From: Macrostomum lignano
Taxonomy: Eukaryota
Assembly (NCBI GenBank): GCA_002269645.1
Contig: NIVC01000455.1
Coordinates: 410,246 to 474,245 of the forward strand
Direction: 5' to 3'
Length of the DNA: 64,000 bases
Both the position numbers and the translations under genes were made by a program. The notes below the pieces were generated by a model that saw only the letters and a program-made list of their open reading frames with translations, was not told the DNA's origin and searched no databases. This document shows positions 24,220 to 34,829 of the stretch, piece by piece. The stretch's first letter is position 1; each line of letters starts with the position of its first letter.

Positions 24220-24375
24220 TCTAAATCTATCTTCTATCTAATCTAATCTTCTAATCTTCTTCTATCTTCTAAATCTTCTATCTAAATATACTAAATCTCT
24301 AAGGTTTGTATGCTTGAATGAATGAATGTCCATAACGCTCTAGAGACTGCAATCACAATATACTAAATCTCTAAG

Positions 24376-24407
<32 letters not shown>

Positions 24408-26727
24408 GACCGGTATTCCAGTCCACAGCCCGAATGCCTGAACCGATTTTTTTCAAACTTGCTTCATTCAATTGCAAATTCTTGTGAGATTGTGTGGGTG
24501 TAATTGCATTTAAAAAATTCGAATGGGAAGATGGTTAAATATTCGAAAAACGAGTTTTCCCTATGCTTTCAATGGGAGGCTAGAAAAGGTCAAAATCTCA
24601 CTAACTGAATTTCAATTCCAATTAAGATTGCGCCACAACTTTTCTCTGTTCACTGTGTACGCCTCAATACTGGCTGCAATAAGGGAGAGGAAAATAATGC
24701 TCAGTGGCTGCGTGTGTACATTCTGACCCTGGCTGACTGGCGGACTGCATAGACAATTGCTATTAATAGATTTCACTCAACTCTGCATTGGCTCTGCCTG
24801 CACAACTTGTGCACACTGAGCAGCCTATCACTGCTATGTATTTGACTGCTGTGCCGAAGCATATATGGCTGATTTTTGCGCCCTCCGATCAGTAGGCGGA
24901 ATAGCCGCAGTGTAGGCACTAGGACTAGGTTTAGGCTAGGCATAAGGTCCAAGGTTCGAGTCCGCCTCCCCAGCGGATACTTAAAATTAAATAAATTCAT
25001 TCATTAGTAGCTTCTGCCTCGACTATTTTGAACATTTTTTAATTAATTGTAATTAAATTTTTTTTATTAATTACAATAATTTATTTTTGCTACTCGCACA
25101 AGCCACTAAGCAAATTTGATTTGATTTGTAAAATCCTAAGATCCCATTAATTGTTATTATCTAGGTCTATAGAAGTAGATATTACTAAACTGCAGGGGAT
25201 TAAATTACTAAGCTGCAGACGATGCTGCTAAACTGCTGAGGTATTGCTAAATGCTGAGTGGTGCAAGAGATTGCCGATATGTATCGAAAATCGATTAGTG
25301 AGCCATAAAATGCTGAGCTAATTTCTACATTGTTGAAAGGATCATTGCAGTAGACGATGCTGCTAAACTGCTGAGGTATTGCTAAATGCTGAGTTGCGCA
25401 AGACTGCCTATATGTATCGAAAATTGATTAGTGCGCCGTCGTAAATGCTGAGCAAATTTTTAAATAATTGAAAAGATCATTGCAGTTTGCTGAAAATACT
25501 GAGGGGCCAGCTGAGAGAACTGCAGACTGCTGAGGGGATAAATGAGAATTATTAAGGAAACACTTGCTGACTGCAAATGAATTGACTGCAGACTACTGAG
25601 GGGAACTGCAGATTGTTGAAAGGATCATTGCAGACTGCAAAGGGGACAAACTGCAAACTGCCGAGTGGATAGCTGCAGACTGCTAGGATAATAATGGCAG
25701 ACTAGGATAATAATGGCAGACTTCTGAGGCGGATATCTAACTGTGAATAATTGTAGCTTGCAGAAGGGACAATTCTGGGTCCCTGAGGGATAAATGAATA
25801 ATAATAATAAAAGTTGTAGAGTGCAAATGAGCTGTATGACTGCAGTCTGTTTTGCGGAATTAGAAGGGATAATTTCAGGTTGTTGTGGGGATAACTCCCA
25901 ATTTCTGGGGAGGGTTTAACTTTAAACTTCTGAGGCGATAAGTAGTCACCTTTTAGCAGTTTGGGAGTGGTGCTAATCTGGGGAGCGGTGCTATCTAAGG
26001 GAGTGGGGCTAATATAAAGGAGTGGGGGGCTAATCTGGGGGATTGGGGCTAATCTGGAGGAAGTAGCGGTGCAAATTTTTGCGGAGTAGTGCAAATCTGG
26101 AGAAGTAGTGCTAATCTGGGAAGGTGAAACTATCTGGGAAGCGGCGGTAATCTGTGGAGCGGTGCTAATCTAGGCTGAGTGCTAATCTGGGCTGAGTGCT
26201 AATCTAGGCTGAGTGCTAATCTGGGCTGAGTGCTAATCTAGGCTGAGTGCTAATCTGGGCTGAGTGCTAATCTGGGCTGAGTGCTAATCTGGGCTGAGTG
26301 CTAATCTGGGCTGAGTGCTAATCTGGGCGCAGTGCTAATCTGGGTGTAGTGCTAATCTGGGGGAAGTGGGGCTAATCTGGGGGTGTGCGGCTAATATGGG
26401 GGGAGTAGTGCTAATCTGGGGGAAGTGGGGCTAATCTGGAGGTGTAGGGCTAATATGGGAGTATAGCGCTAATCTGGTGAGGATTTGAATATAACGAATA
26501 ATCATAAAAGAACTATAAATGAATTGACGTTGCAAAGTTTCAAACATTAAGAAATGTAACTTTTTAGAACTTTTTAGTCTCAGTAAAATTGGTGTACAAC
26601 TGCTTAGAGATTTGCTACTGCAGAACTTCTCGGAGATTAGTGAGATTTGCTCAGCGACTGTGCAAAACTGCTTATGGACAAGCGCTAAACTGCTAAGAAG
26701 CCACCCGGAGGGGGGCTAAATGGCTAG
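24220..26727 (+). mobile_element. Helitron unit (2508 bp) preceded by a 15-stub stack
   Basis: Full head at 24281; second head variant with (TCTG)n at ~24357; imperfect hairpin; CTAG 26724-26727. Confidence 0.8.
25965..26480 (+). repeat. 17-bp minisatellite GTGCTAATCTGGGCTGA (homogeneous core 26160-26330, degenerate flanks)
   Basis: About 10 near-perfect copies flanked by divergent G-rich GCTAATCTG copies. Confidence 0.9.
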
Positions 26728-29700
26728 TCTAAATATACTAAATCTCTAAGGTTTGTATGTCCATAACGCTCTACAGATTGCAATTCTTCACCGATTTTGA
26801 TCGCGTTTTCGCCAAAAGATTCAAAATTGTCTGGAAAGAAGACAGTTAAAATTTCTTGTATCTGCTTCAATGCTAAAGGGATTAAATATTCGAAAAACTG
26901 TTTTAAATGGGCTTTTTCAATGCAAAATTTTATCAGCGAAAAACTTCACAGCCAATTTTAATGATTGCGCCAGAGCCAACTGATAAGAAAACTCATGGGC
27001 CCCACTGCCCAGATAATTACTCTATTTAAATTGCGCAACCATACCAGGGGTCAAAAATAAAATTATTCTGGAGGCTAGCAGCGAGCTCTTTAAGCGTCAA
27101 AGATCTGTTTTTCGTAACGCTCTACAGACTGCAATTCTTGACCAATTTTGATCGCGTTTTCGCCAAAAGTTTTGTAATTATCTGGAAAGAGGACAGCTAA
27201 AATTTCTTTAATCTGCTTCAATGCTAAAGGTATTAAATATTCGAAAAACAAGTTTATCTAAATGCTTTTAATGGAAGGCCAAGCAGCGTTGAATTCTTGA
27301 CTGGCTGAATTCCAATTCTAAATGATTGCGCCACAACTGCGTACTGCATATTCTCGCTATAAACTGACTCTGAGCTTTTCAGCAGGAGGCAGTGTGCCAA
27401 GCATTGCGCAGGCACTCTGGAGGGAGAGAGAAATCAGCCAGTGCATTTTAAAAGTATTGAAATTGACAGATTTACTTAACTGTGCAATGGCTCTGCCAGC
27501 ACCAAAACTGTGCACACTGAGCAGGCTATCACTGCTATGTATTTGACTGCAGTGCCGAAGCATATATGTCTGATTTTTGCGCCCTTCCATTAGTAGGCGG
27601 AATAGCCGCAGTGTAGGCACTAGGACTAGGTTTAGGCTAGGCGTAAGGTACAAGGTTCGGGGGGCCGTAGCCCAGCGGTAGCGCAGCTGCTCTGGTGTGC
27701 CGCGACCCAGGCTCGATTCCAAGTGCAGTCACATTAATTTGGGGCTGAATTGGAATTTCGGCTTGGCTCGCTTGTGCAATTAACGGCCTTGAGAGCCAAC
27801 CCCCCAAGGCGCAGTGAAGTGTACATGCCTAACAATTGATAAAGTTAGGGCCGCTGTACACTCCTGTGTGAGTGTGTGCCTGCGTAACGTATCCGCGCGC
27901 TTGTATGCCTGCTCAGGGGAGTCGGCGGAATGGGCAGCAATGCCTCTCGCCGGTTGTGTGCCTATGTCGCCTAAAGTGCGCCAGGGTGCACACAACCCCC
28001 CTGCCTCTAATAATAAAAAAAGGTACAAGGTTCGAGTCCGCCTCCCCGGTGGATAATTAAAATAAGTAAATTCATTCATTTGTAGCTTGTGACTCGACTA
28101 AATATAACATATTTTTTATTAATTTTAATTGCAACACTTTTTATTAATTAGCAAATAATTTTTGCTACTTGGCACAAGCCACTTATTAAATTTGATTTTT
28201 AAAAACTGCTTCGTGTATTACTGATCCCATCAACGAGTACTGCCTCGCACCATGAAAGTATGAAATTGCTATTTAACTGCACACCATGCTGTTAAAATTG
28301 CTTAAAGGTATTGCTAAATTTTGAGTTTTTTAAAGAATGCCGATATGTACTGAACATTGTTTAGTGAGCCGTAAAATGCTGAGCACATTTTTAGATTATT
28401 GGAAGATTGGAAGATTATTGGCAAGGAGAACAGAAGATGCTGAGGGGAACTGCAGATTGTCAAAGGGATCATTCATGCAGACTGCAAAGGGAAAAATGGA
28501 ACAAACTGCTGAGGTAGTTCCTCCACACTTATGAGTGCATAGCAGCAAACTGTTGAGGGGATAACTATCTACAGAGTTTAAAGTGGATAATAGCTGTGAA
28601 GAATTAAGTGCAAGTTGTTGAGTGGATAACTGCGGACTGCTGAGTGAAGTATTGTAGTTTGCTGATGTTAATGAAAGTTTTAGACGGCACAGTGGATATC
28701 TGCAGGCTGCTAAGAGTATGACTGCAGTCTGTTTGTGGGATTAGAAGTGATAGCTAATTTCAGGATGTTGTGGAGATAACTGCCGATTTCAGGGGGGGGG
28801 GTTAACTTCAAACTGCCGAAGTTACTAAACTTCTTGAATAGTATAAGGCTTTTAGCAGAAGGTCGGCAGTTCGAGTCTGTATTGAAGCAGCGAATTTATC
28901 TTTGTGACAATAATCATTGTTTCCTATAAGGATTCATGCAATTTTTTGCCAAGACTCACTTATGGGTAGGTTTGGGGGCTTAGGGTCAGTTTTGGTTCAA
29001 TCATAGACTAACCACTGTCAACAATCAATTAAAGACTTGCTAAGATATCTAAGCTCATGGGGGGAATAGCTGAGTTGTCAAGGCTTATAAGGGGATTGCT
29101 GAATTCTTGGGAGAGGGGAGTTGGGCTGTTGGGATGTCAAGGCTAAATACTGCGCTGGGAGAATTGCTGCAATGTCGAGGCTTAATGGGGGAATTGCTGA
29201 GATGTCAAGTCCTACTAAGAATTGCTGAGATGTCAAGGCTTTCTGGGAATTGCTAAAATGTCAAGTCCTACTGGGAATTGCTAAGATTTCTATGCTTACT
29301 GAGATGTCAAGGCTTGCTGGGGGAATTGCTGAGATGTCAAGGCTTGCTGGGGGAATTGCTGAGATCTCAGAGCTTACTGGGGGAATGCTGAGATTTCAAG
29401 GCTTACTCGGGGAATTCCTCAGACGTCAAGGCTTACTGGGGGTATTGCTGAGATGTCAAGGCTTACTGGGGGAATTGCTGAGATCTCAAGGCTTACTTGG
29501 GGAATTTCTGAGATGTCAAGGCTTACTGGGGGAATTGCTGAGATGTCAAGGCTTACTGGGGGAATTGCTGAGATGTCAAGGCTTACTGGGGGAATTGCTG
29601 AGATGTCAAGGCATACTGGGATAATTTCTGAGATCTCAAGGCTTACTGGTGGAATGCTGTGATTTCAAGGCTTACTCGGGGAATTCCTCAGACGTCAAGG

Positions 29701-30353
29701 CTTACTGGGGGTATTGCTGAGATGTCAAGGCTTACTGGGGGAATTGCTGAGATCTCAAGGCTTACTGGGATAATTTCTGAGATCTCAAGGCTTACTGTGG
29801 AAATTGCTGAGACGTCAAGGCTCATGGACGATGCCTAAATTTTTTTGGGGGGTGTTAGGTTGTTGGGCGATTGTCAGATAGTCAGGTAGTACGGCTCAAG
29901 TAGCTCATGTAATTCAGATAATGAAAAATTACACACAAGTGATGCTGATTTCTGCTAATAGGAAATACCAGCGCATTTAATCCTTTGCGCTGGTTTGATC
30001 CTTTGATTTAGGCTAATCTAGAGAGAGGGTCTAAGGGCGTCAGGGATTTGCATATTGAGCTCCTGCTGCGGATCAGAATATGCCCCGGCCAGTGACGATA
30101 TGCATCAAGAGTTTGTGCTTGAAAGGATAAGCACTATTTGCCGATTTAGAAAGGGTTTTGAGCTGATGAACGAAACTTTTTTGGCTAATAAAATTCGGAT
30201 TGACGACAATTTATTTCTGCCAAAATGAGAAAAGGTAATTTTTGATTATTGGAAATCAAAATTTTGGATGATTATAGTGAGGTTACTCTTGTGCCAAAAT
30301 AAAAACCAATTGGTGTCATTTTCAAGGCTCCCCAGCGGGGGCTAAATGGCTAG
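26728..30353 (+). mobile_element. Short unit (26728-~27090, decayed 3' end) plus a long unit (~27091-30353) carrying a SINE
   Basis: Head at 26728; decayed GGCTAGCAGCGAGC end at ~27073-27090; CCCCAGCGGGG hairpin and CTAG 30350-30353. Confidence 0.75.
27660..28019 (+). mobile_element. tRNA-derived SINE (~360 bp) with a 15-bp TSD
   Basis: Starts GGGGCCGTAGCCCAGCGG (A box), has GGCTCGATTCC (B box) and ends TAATAATAAAAA. Flanked by exact direct repeats AAGGTACAAGGTTCG (27645-27659 and 28020-28034). Empty sites at ~1255-1275 and ~24943-24965. Confidence 0.9.
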
Positions 30354-30825
30354 TCCTATATACTAAAAATGAGTTGTCTGTATCTAGCTATGCGATAGAT
30401 TTCAGAAAAATTGTCTCAACCGATTTTCTTCAAACTTGTACCATTCAATCAGAAATTTTCCTGGGACGGTACATGCATCTTGGCTAAGAAATTGCTCAAT
30501 GTTAAAGGGATTAAATATTCGAAAAACATGCTTTTTTGCAAAGGTCAAGCAAAATTTTCGACTTGAAATGCATTGTAAGAATGCTAGAGAAAAAACTGAC
30601 TGGCTGAATTTCAATTCTGATAAAGATTGCATCACAACAAATTGAAAACAGTGTCGAAGAAATGCACACACAACTTGGTTAAAATTGCGTAACCATATTG
30701 CTAACTTGAATTGAGACTGATACTGGCTGACTGAGAAATTGATTATGTCATAACTTTTTACTCCAATTGACTTGCTGTAAGAATTGAATTATAAGGGCCA
30801 CAATTCATGTTCTCCAATTAAAAAG

Positions 30826-30904
30826 AGATAGCCTAGATGCGAACAGACTGGACTGCTAATGTAGCGACCTGGGTTCGAATCTTAGTAGCGCAAAATGATT
30901 TTTT
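30826..30904 (+). other. Degenerate tRNA-like segment (Ser-GCT-like anticodon arm)
   Basis: TAGCCTAGATG, TGGACTGCTAAT and GGGTTCGAATC, followed by a T run at ~30899. Confidence 0.45.
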
Positions 30905-30939
30905 ATTAAAACACTTTGAAAAGAAAAAATTGCTAATCA

Positions 30940-32410
30940 TAAAAGAAGCGCAATGTCAAATATAGAAGAGCCACCATGTCGAACATAAAAGAGCCACCAT
31001 GTCAAACATTAAAGAGCCACCATGTCAAATATTAAAGAGCCACCTTGTCAAACATTAAAGAGCCACCATGTCAAATATTAAAGAGCCACCATTTCAAACC
31101 TAAAAGAGCCACCAAGTCGAACATTAACAAGCCACAATGTCAAACATTATAAGGCCACCCATTTCAAACCTAAAAGAGCCACCATGTCGAACATTAAAAA
31201 GCCACCATTTTGAACATTAAAGAGCCACCATGTCAAACATTAAAGAGCCCCCATTTTGAACATTAAAGAGTCACCATGTCAAACATTAAAGAGCCACCAT
31301 GTAGAACATAAAAGAGCCACCATGTCTAATATAAAAGAGCCACCATGTCAAACATTAAAGTGCCATCGTGTCGAACATTAAAGAGCCACCATGTCAAACA
31401 TAAAGAAGCCACCATGTCAAACATAAAAGAGCCACTATGTTGAACATTAAAGAGCCACCATGTCAAACATTAAAGAGCCACCATTTTGAACATTAGAGAG
31501 TCAACATGTCAAACATTAAAAAGCCACTTTGTTGAGTATTAAAGAGCCATACTCAATCCCTGGCCAGCTACCATGCCCCCCATGTCAAACATTAAAGAGC
31601 CACTTTGTTGAATATTAAAGAGCCACTATGTCAAACATTAAAGAGCCACCATGTCAAACATTAAAGAGCCACCATGTCTAATATAAAAGAGCCACCATGT
31701 CGAACATAAAGGAGCCACTATGTCGAACATAAAAGAGCCACCATGTTGAAAATTAAAGAGCCACCCTGTAAAACATTTAAAAGATTCACCATGTCAAACA
31801 AATAAGTGACTTCATTTCAAACATAAAAGAACCATCATGTCAAACAGAAAAGAGCCACCATGTCAAACATTAAAGAGCTACCATGTCAAACATTAAAGAG
31901 CCACCATGTAAAACATTAAAGAGCCACCATGTCAAACATTAAAGAGCCATCGTGTCGAACATTAAGGAGCCACCATGTCGAACATTAAAGAGCCACCACA
32001 TCGAACATTAAAGAGCCACCATTTCAAACATAAAAGAGCCACTATGTAAAACATATATGTGACTCTATATCAAACATATACATGACTTCATGTCGAACAT
32101 TAAAGAGCCACCATGTAGAACATTAAAGAGCCACCATGTAGAACATTAAAGAGCCACCATGTCAAACATATAAGAGACTTTATTTCAAACATAAAAGAGC
32201 CACCATGTTGAGCATTAAAGAGCCACAATGTAAAACATAAAAACGACCATTTCGAACATTAAAGAGCCACCATGTTGAACATTAAAGGGCTACCATGTCA
32301 ATCATTAAAGAGCCACCATGTCAAACATTAAAGTGCCATCGTGTCGAACATTAAAGAGCTACCACGTTGAACATAAAGGAGCCACCATGTCGAACATAAA
32401 AGATACACAA
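30940..32410 (+). repeat. 23-bp minisatellite AAAGAGCCACCATGTCAAACATT (~63 copies)
   Basis: Period 23 read directly (30968, 30991, 31014, ...). Confidence 0.95.
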
Positions 32411-32499
32411 TTTCAAACGTAAAAGTGAGCGAATTTTGAAGGAGCCACTATAATGCTAAGGAAATTGTCGCACTAGCTACTTATTGTCTGGTGGATGTT

Positions 32500-32600
32500 T
32501 GCTATTTGGGGATGCTATCTATCTGGGGGATGCTTGCTATTTTGGGGATGCTTGCAATCTGGGGGATGCTTGCTATCTGGGGGATGCTTGCTGTCTTGGG
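32500..32600 (+). repeat. 18-bp minisatellite GGGGGATGCTTGCTATCT (~5 copies)
   Basis: Tandem copies near the 3' end of the unit. Confidence 0.85.
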
Positions 32601-32740
32601 ATGATTTCTTTTTGCATTGCACTTCATTTGAGTAGTTTGTCTGTTTTCTTTGTGAAAGCTTTATTTGGCTATCTTCTTATTCCTTGTAGAGAACAGAGAT
32701 TCTATACAGATGTCCCCCAACGGGGGGCGAAAATTGCTAG

Positions 32741-33250
32741 TCTTATATACTAAAGTTGAGTTTGTTTGTTTGTTTGTTTGCTTGTAACAGAAAATCTTGC
32801 GAACGGAATGACCGATTTTCTCCGTTTTTGCACCATTAGATGGCAAATTGTCCGGAATCGGTACACGTATTTTTAATAAGCTATCCAAATTAAAGAGGCC
32901 TCTCAATTGTCAGAAAACAGGTTTTTGCCCATCTCGCTAATGTATTTTTTCGGCAGTGAGAGCTTGCAAACGGTTTTGGCCATAGATTATAATGCTAATA
33001 GCTGTAGGCTGCTTGGTTTTTATGTAGCCCACTGCTGCCCACTGCTGAAAGTGTCAAATTGAAAACGGGAGGGTAACAAACGACAAAAGTGGTTTTTGCC
33101 GTAACTGTTGATTTTAAGCTTTATTTATTTGCTATTAATTAAGCGAGCAACTCTACTAAAGAATAGGAAGAGCTACGAGCGTATTAGAGAGATGCGTTTT
33201 CAAAAGAGAAATTTTGTTGAGTGCTTAGGATTTATACAACAGTAGACAGA
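32741..33250 (+). mobile_element. Last, 3'-truncated Helitron unit
   Basis: Head TCTTATATACTAAAGTTGAG(TTTG)n at 32741, similar in layout to insect Lep1-type heads. No 3' CTAG end; it runs into the RTE relic. Right boundary approximate. Confidence 0.65.
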
Positions 33251-33990
33251 CGACAGAACCAGCTCGAACAACAACAAAGTTGTCAGCGAGTCAAGCAAGT
33301 CAACAGTGGCAAAGTCTTTATAAAGACCACTGTGTCACACTGCGCCCTCTCCTCCACCTGCGTCGAGAGCTGTTTGAAAAAGACTTGAGCCTCGTCAGGT
33401 CGGATAGCAGGAGGCGCTTAGGCGCAGAACAGATGAGCGTTCCGACCACGAAGCCGGACGTTGACCCGAAGCAGCCAGTCAGACAGGGAGATGCTAGCGA
33501 CAACTCTGCTGCAGCCTTTCTCCGATCAGGTTCCCAACTCTCCCACGGCTTTATTGGTCCGCCGACATGTGTACCAGAGGGTTCGACTGGCGCCCAGTTC
33601 CTCACAATGAGTTCCTCAGTGGGCCCTGATGGAACCTCTTGCAGCGCGATGACGTCACAGCTTAAGTCGAGCGGTGGATGCGCCAACAGTCCTCTCCGCC
33701 AGGCGGCGTTGAGAGGGCGGAAGTTCAACGTCCTGACCTGAAGCGTCCCTGTGATACCGCTGGGGCTCGATGACAGTGAGCCTCACGGTCCCCGGCGCCA
33801 CCCAGAAGATCCGATTGGCCAAGGATGGCAGCAGCTCGAGGGGCGGAACCGCATTGCTGACCTCGCCGGTTTCGCTCACGCCGACGTTCAACTCGCGAGC
33901 GCTCGCTTCGCTGCCCTCGCTTGGTCTTGCCGCTGTTGGCGCAGCAGTTAAGCGCGGCTCTTCGAGTTCCCCACGGGCAGTTCGCGGCAT
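33250..33990 (-). mobile_element. Degenerate 5' part (APE endonuclease) of an RTE-type non-LTR retrotransposon
   Basis: Minus strand reads LQVRTLNFRPLN...LSCDVIALQEVP (APE start and LQE motif), then frameshifted LYKDFATVD..DSL. No RT domain is attached. Confidence 0.7.
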
Positions 33991-34187
33991 CTACTTGCAC
34001 CGATTTGCAAATAGAATAAGTTTGCAAATAGAATTAGTCGGAAACTATCTAGAATAAGACCGCTTAGTCCCAAGTAATATCGTGGAATTCTAGCCCCATA
34101 GCTAAAACCATTACGAAACAGGCGATGATCTTATCAGCGAATATTTAATGGCTACAAACAGGCATTTTAAAATATCTTACACTTCAG

Positions 34188-34430
34188 CAATTGCTTGTGC
34201 GCTGCGGACACTGTCCAGAGTGGTATATCAGGGATCCGAGCGTGTTCGATTGTCGCGAATGCACCACAAATTTGTGCAACGACAAATTCGCCAAGGAACT
34301 GGTACCGGAACTTCCGAATTTAATCACTTGCTACGCAACACAGAACTTTGAAGATGGAGAGGTTATTCATCCGGTTGCGATGCAGTGTCCCAGAAAACAT
34401 GGCTGTTCCACTGGTCTTGTCTACGACACT
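34188..34430 (+). CDS. Internal exon of a tandem Ly6/uPAR (three-finger)-like Cys-rich protein
   Basis: Acceptor ACTTCAG and donor GTAAGT; 243 nt, phase 0. QLLVRCGHC...DCRECTTNLCN ends one domain with the CxxxxCN hallmark, then a linker and LITCY...QCPRKHGC start the next domain. Confidence 0.75.
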
Positions 34431-34550
34431 GTAAGTTGTCGAGTTTACTCAAACTCTTTGCGTCTGTTCTGAGCTGAGCTGTCAGAATCGCAGCTTTCGC
34501 ATTGATCCCAACAAAGCTATTCGATCTTCCACACCCTGCTCCAGTTTCAG

Positions 34551-34829
34551 GCAATACTGGTTGGCTGCGGGGAGGACTGCGAGCAATTTGGCTGGGAAAG
34601 TTGCCGCCGCTGCCACACCGACCTGTGCAACAACAGGGGCGACTATTGGGAATACGGAGATCCAGATGCGAGACCGTATACTTTTATAAAAGGGTCAAAG
34701 CTTCTCAGCGATGAGGCAGTTTCTGTGAGCAGCTCGGTGACCCGACCGACCGCCCTGGTGTCCGTTCTCTCATTGGCGACAGCGCCGGCTCTGAGGCTGG
34801 TCTGGCATCAGCAACTGCTCATGCCTTAG
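34551..34829 (+). CDS. Last exon of the Ly6/uPAR-like gene (missed by the ORF track)
   Basis: Acceptor TTTCAG (or CTCCAG 6 nt upstream, same frame). AILVGCGEDCEQFGWESCRRCHTDLCNN completes an 8-Cys domain, followed by a Ser/Thr spacer and a moderately hydrophobic tail ALVSVLSLATAPALRLVW...MP*; stop TAG 34827-34829. Confidence 0.75.
   Translation, partial: AILVGCGEDCEQFGWESCRRCHTDLCNNRGDYWEYGDPDARPYTFIKGSKLLSDEAVSVSSSVTRPTALVSVLSLATAPALRLVWHQQLLMP

Larger units (their letters stand above)
30354..32740 (+). mobile_element. Helitron unit (2387 bp) dominated by a 23-bp minisatellite
   Basis: Head TCCTATATACTAAAAATGAG at 30354; CCCCCAACGGGGG hairpin; CTAG 32737-32740. Confidence 0.85.
302..33250 (+). 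mobile_element. Head-to-tail array of ~18 non-autonomous Helitron-like elements
   Basis: Recurring 3' ends, a GC hairpin (CCCCC-AAC-GGGGG, CCCC-AGC-GGGG or GCTGG-CAG-CCAGC) about 10 nt before CTAG, at 5571, 8691, 11169, 13729, 16334, 22162, 22534, 22877, 23410, 23764, 24216, 26724, 30350 and 32737. Almost all are followed directly by a 5' head TC(T/C)..TATACTAAA, a short microsatellite and a conserved CCGATTTT..ATCGCGTTTT block. This matches the known TC...hairpin-CTAG Helitron structure. No Rep/helicase ORF. Confidence 0.88.

Noticed and set aside
2970-29662. Dozens of ORFs reading GGIAEMSRLT, ELLRCQGLLG or their antisense
   Set aside because: They are translations of the 30-bp minisatellite; frequent 29/31-nt variants shift frames freely, so there is no coding constraint.
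302-33250. Autonomous Helitron (RepHel) gene
   Set aside because: No long ORF and no HUH or PIF1-type helicase motifs anywhere in the array.
34003-34034. Direct repeat TTTGCAAATAGAAT x2 as a TSD or regulatory site
   Set aside because: The copies are only 4 nt apart and flank nothing; probably a local duplication.
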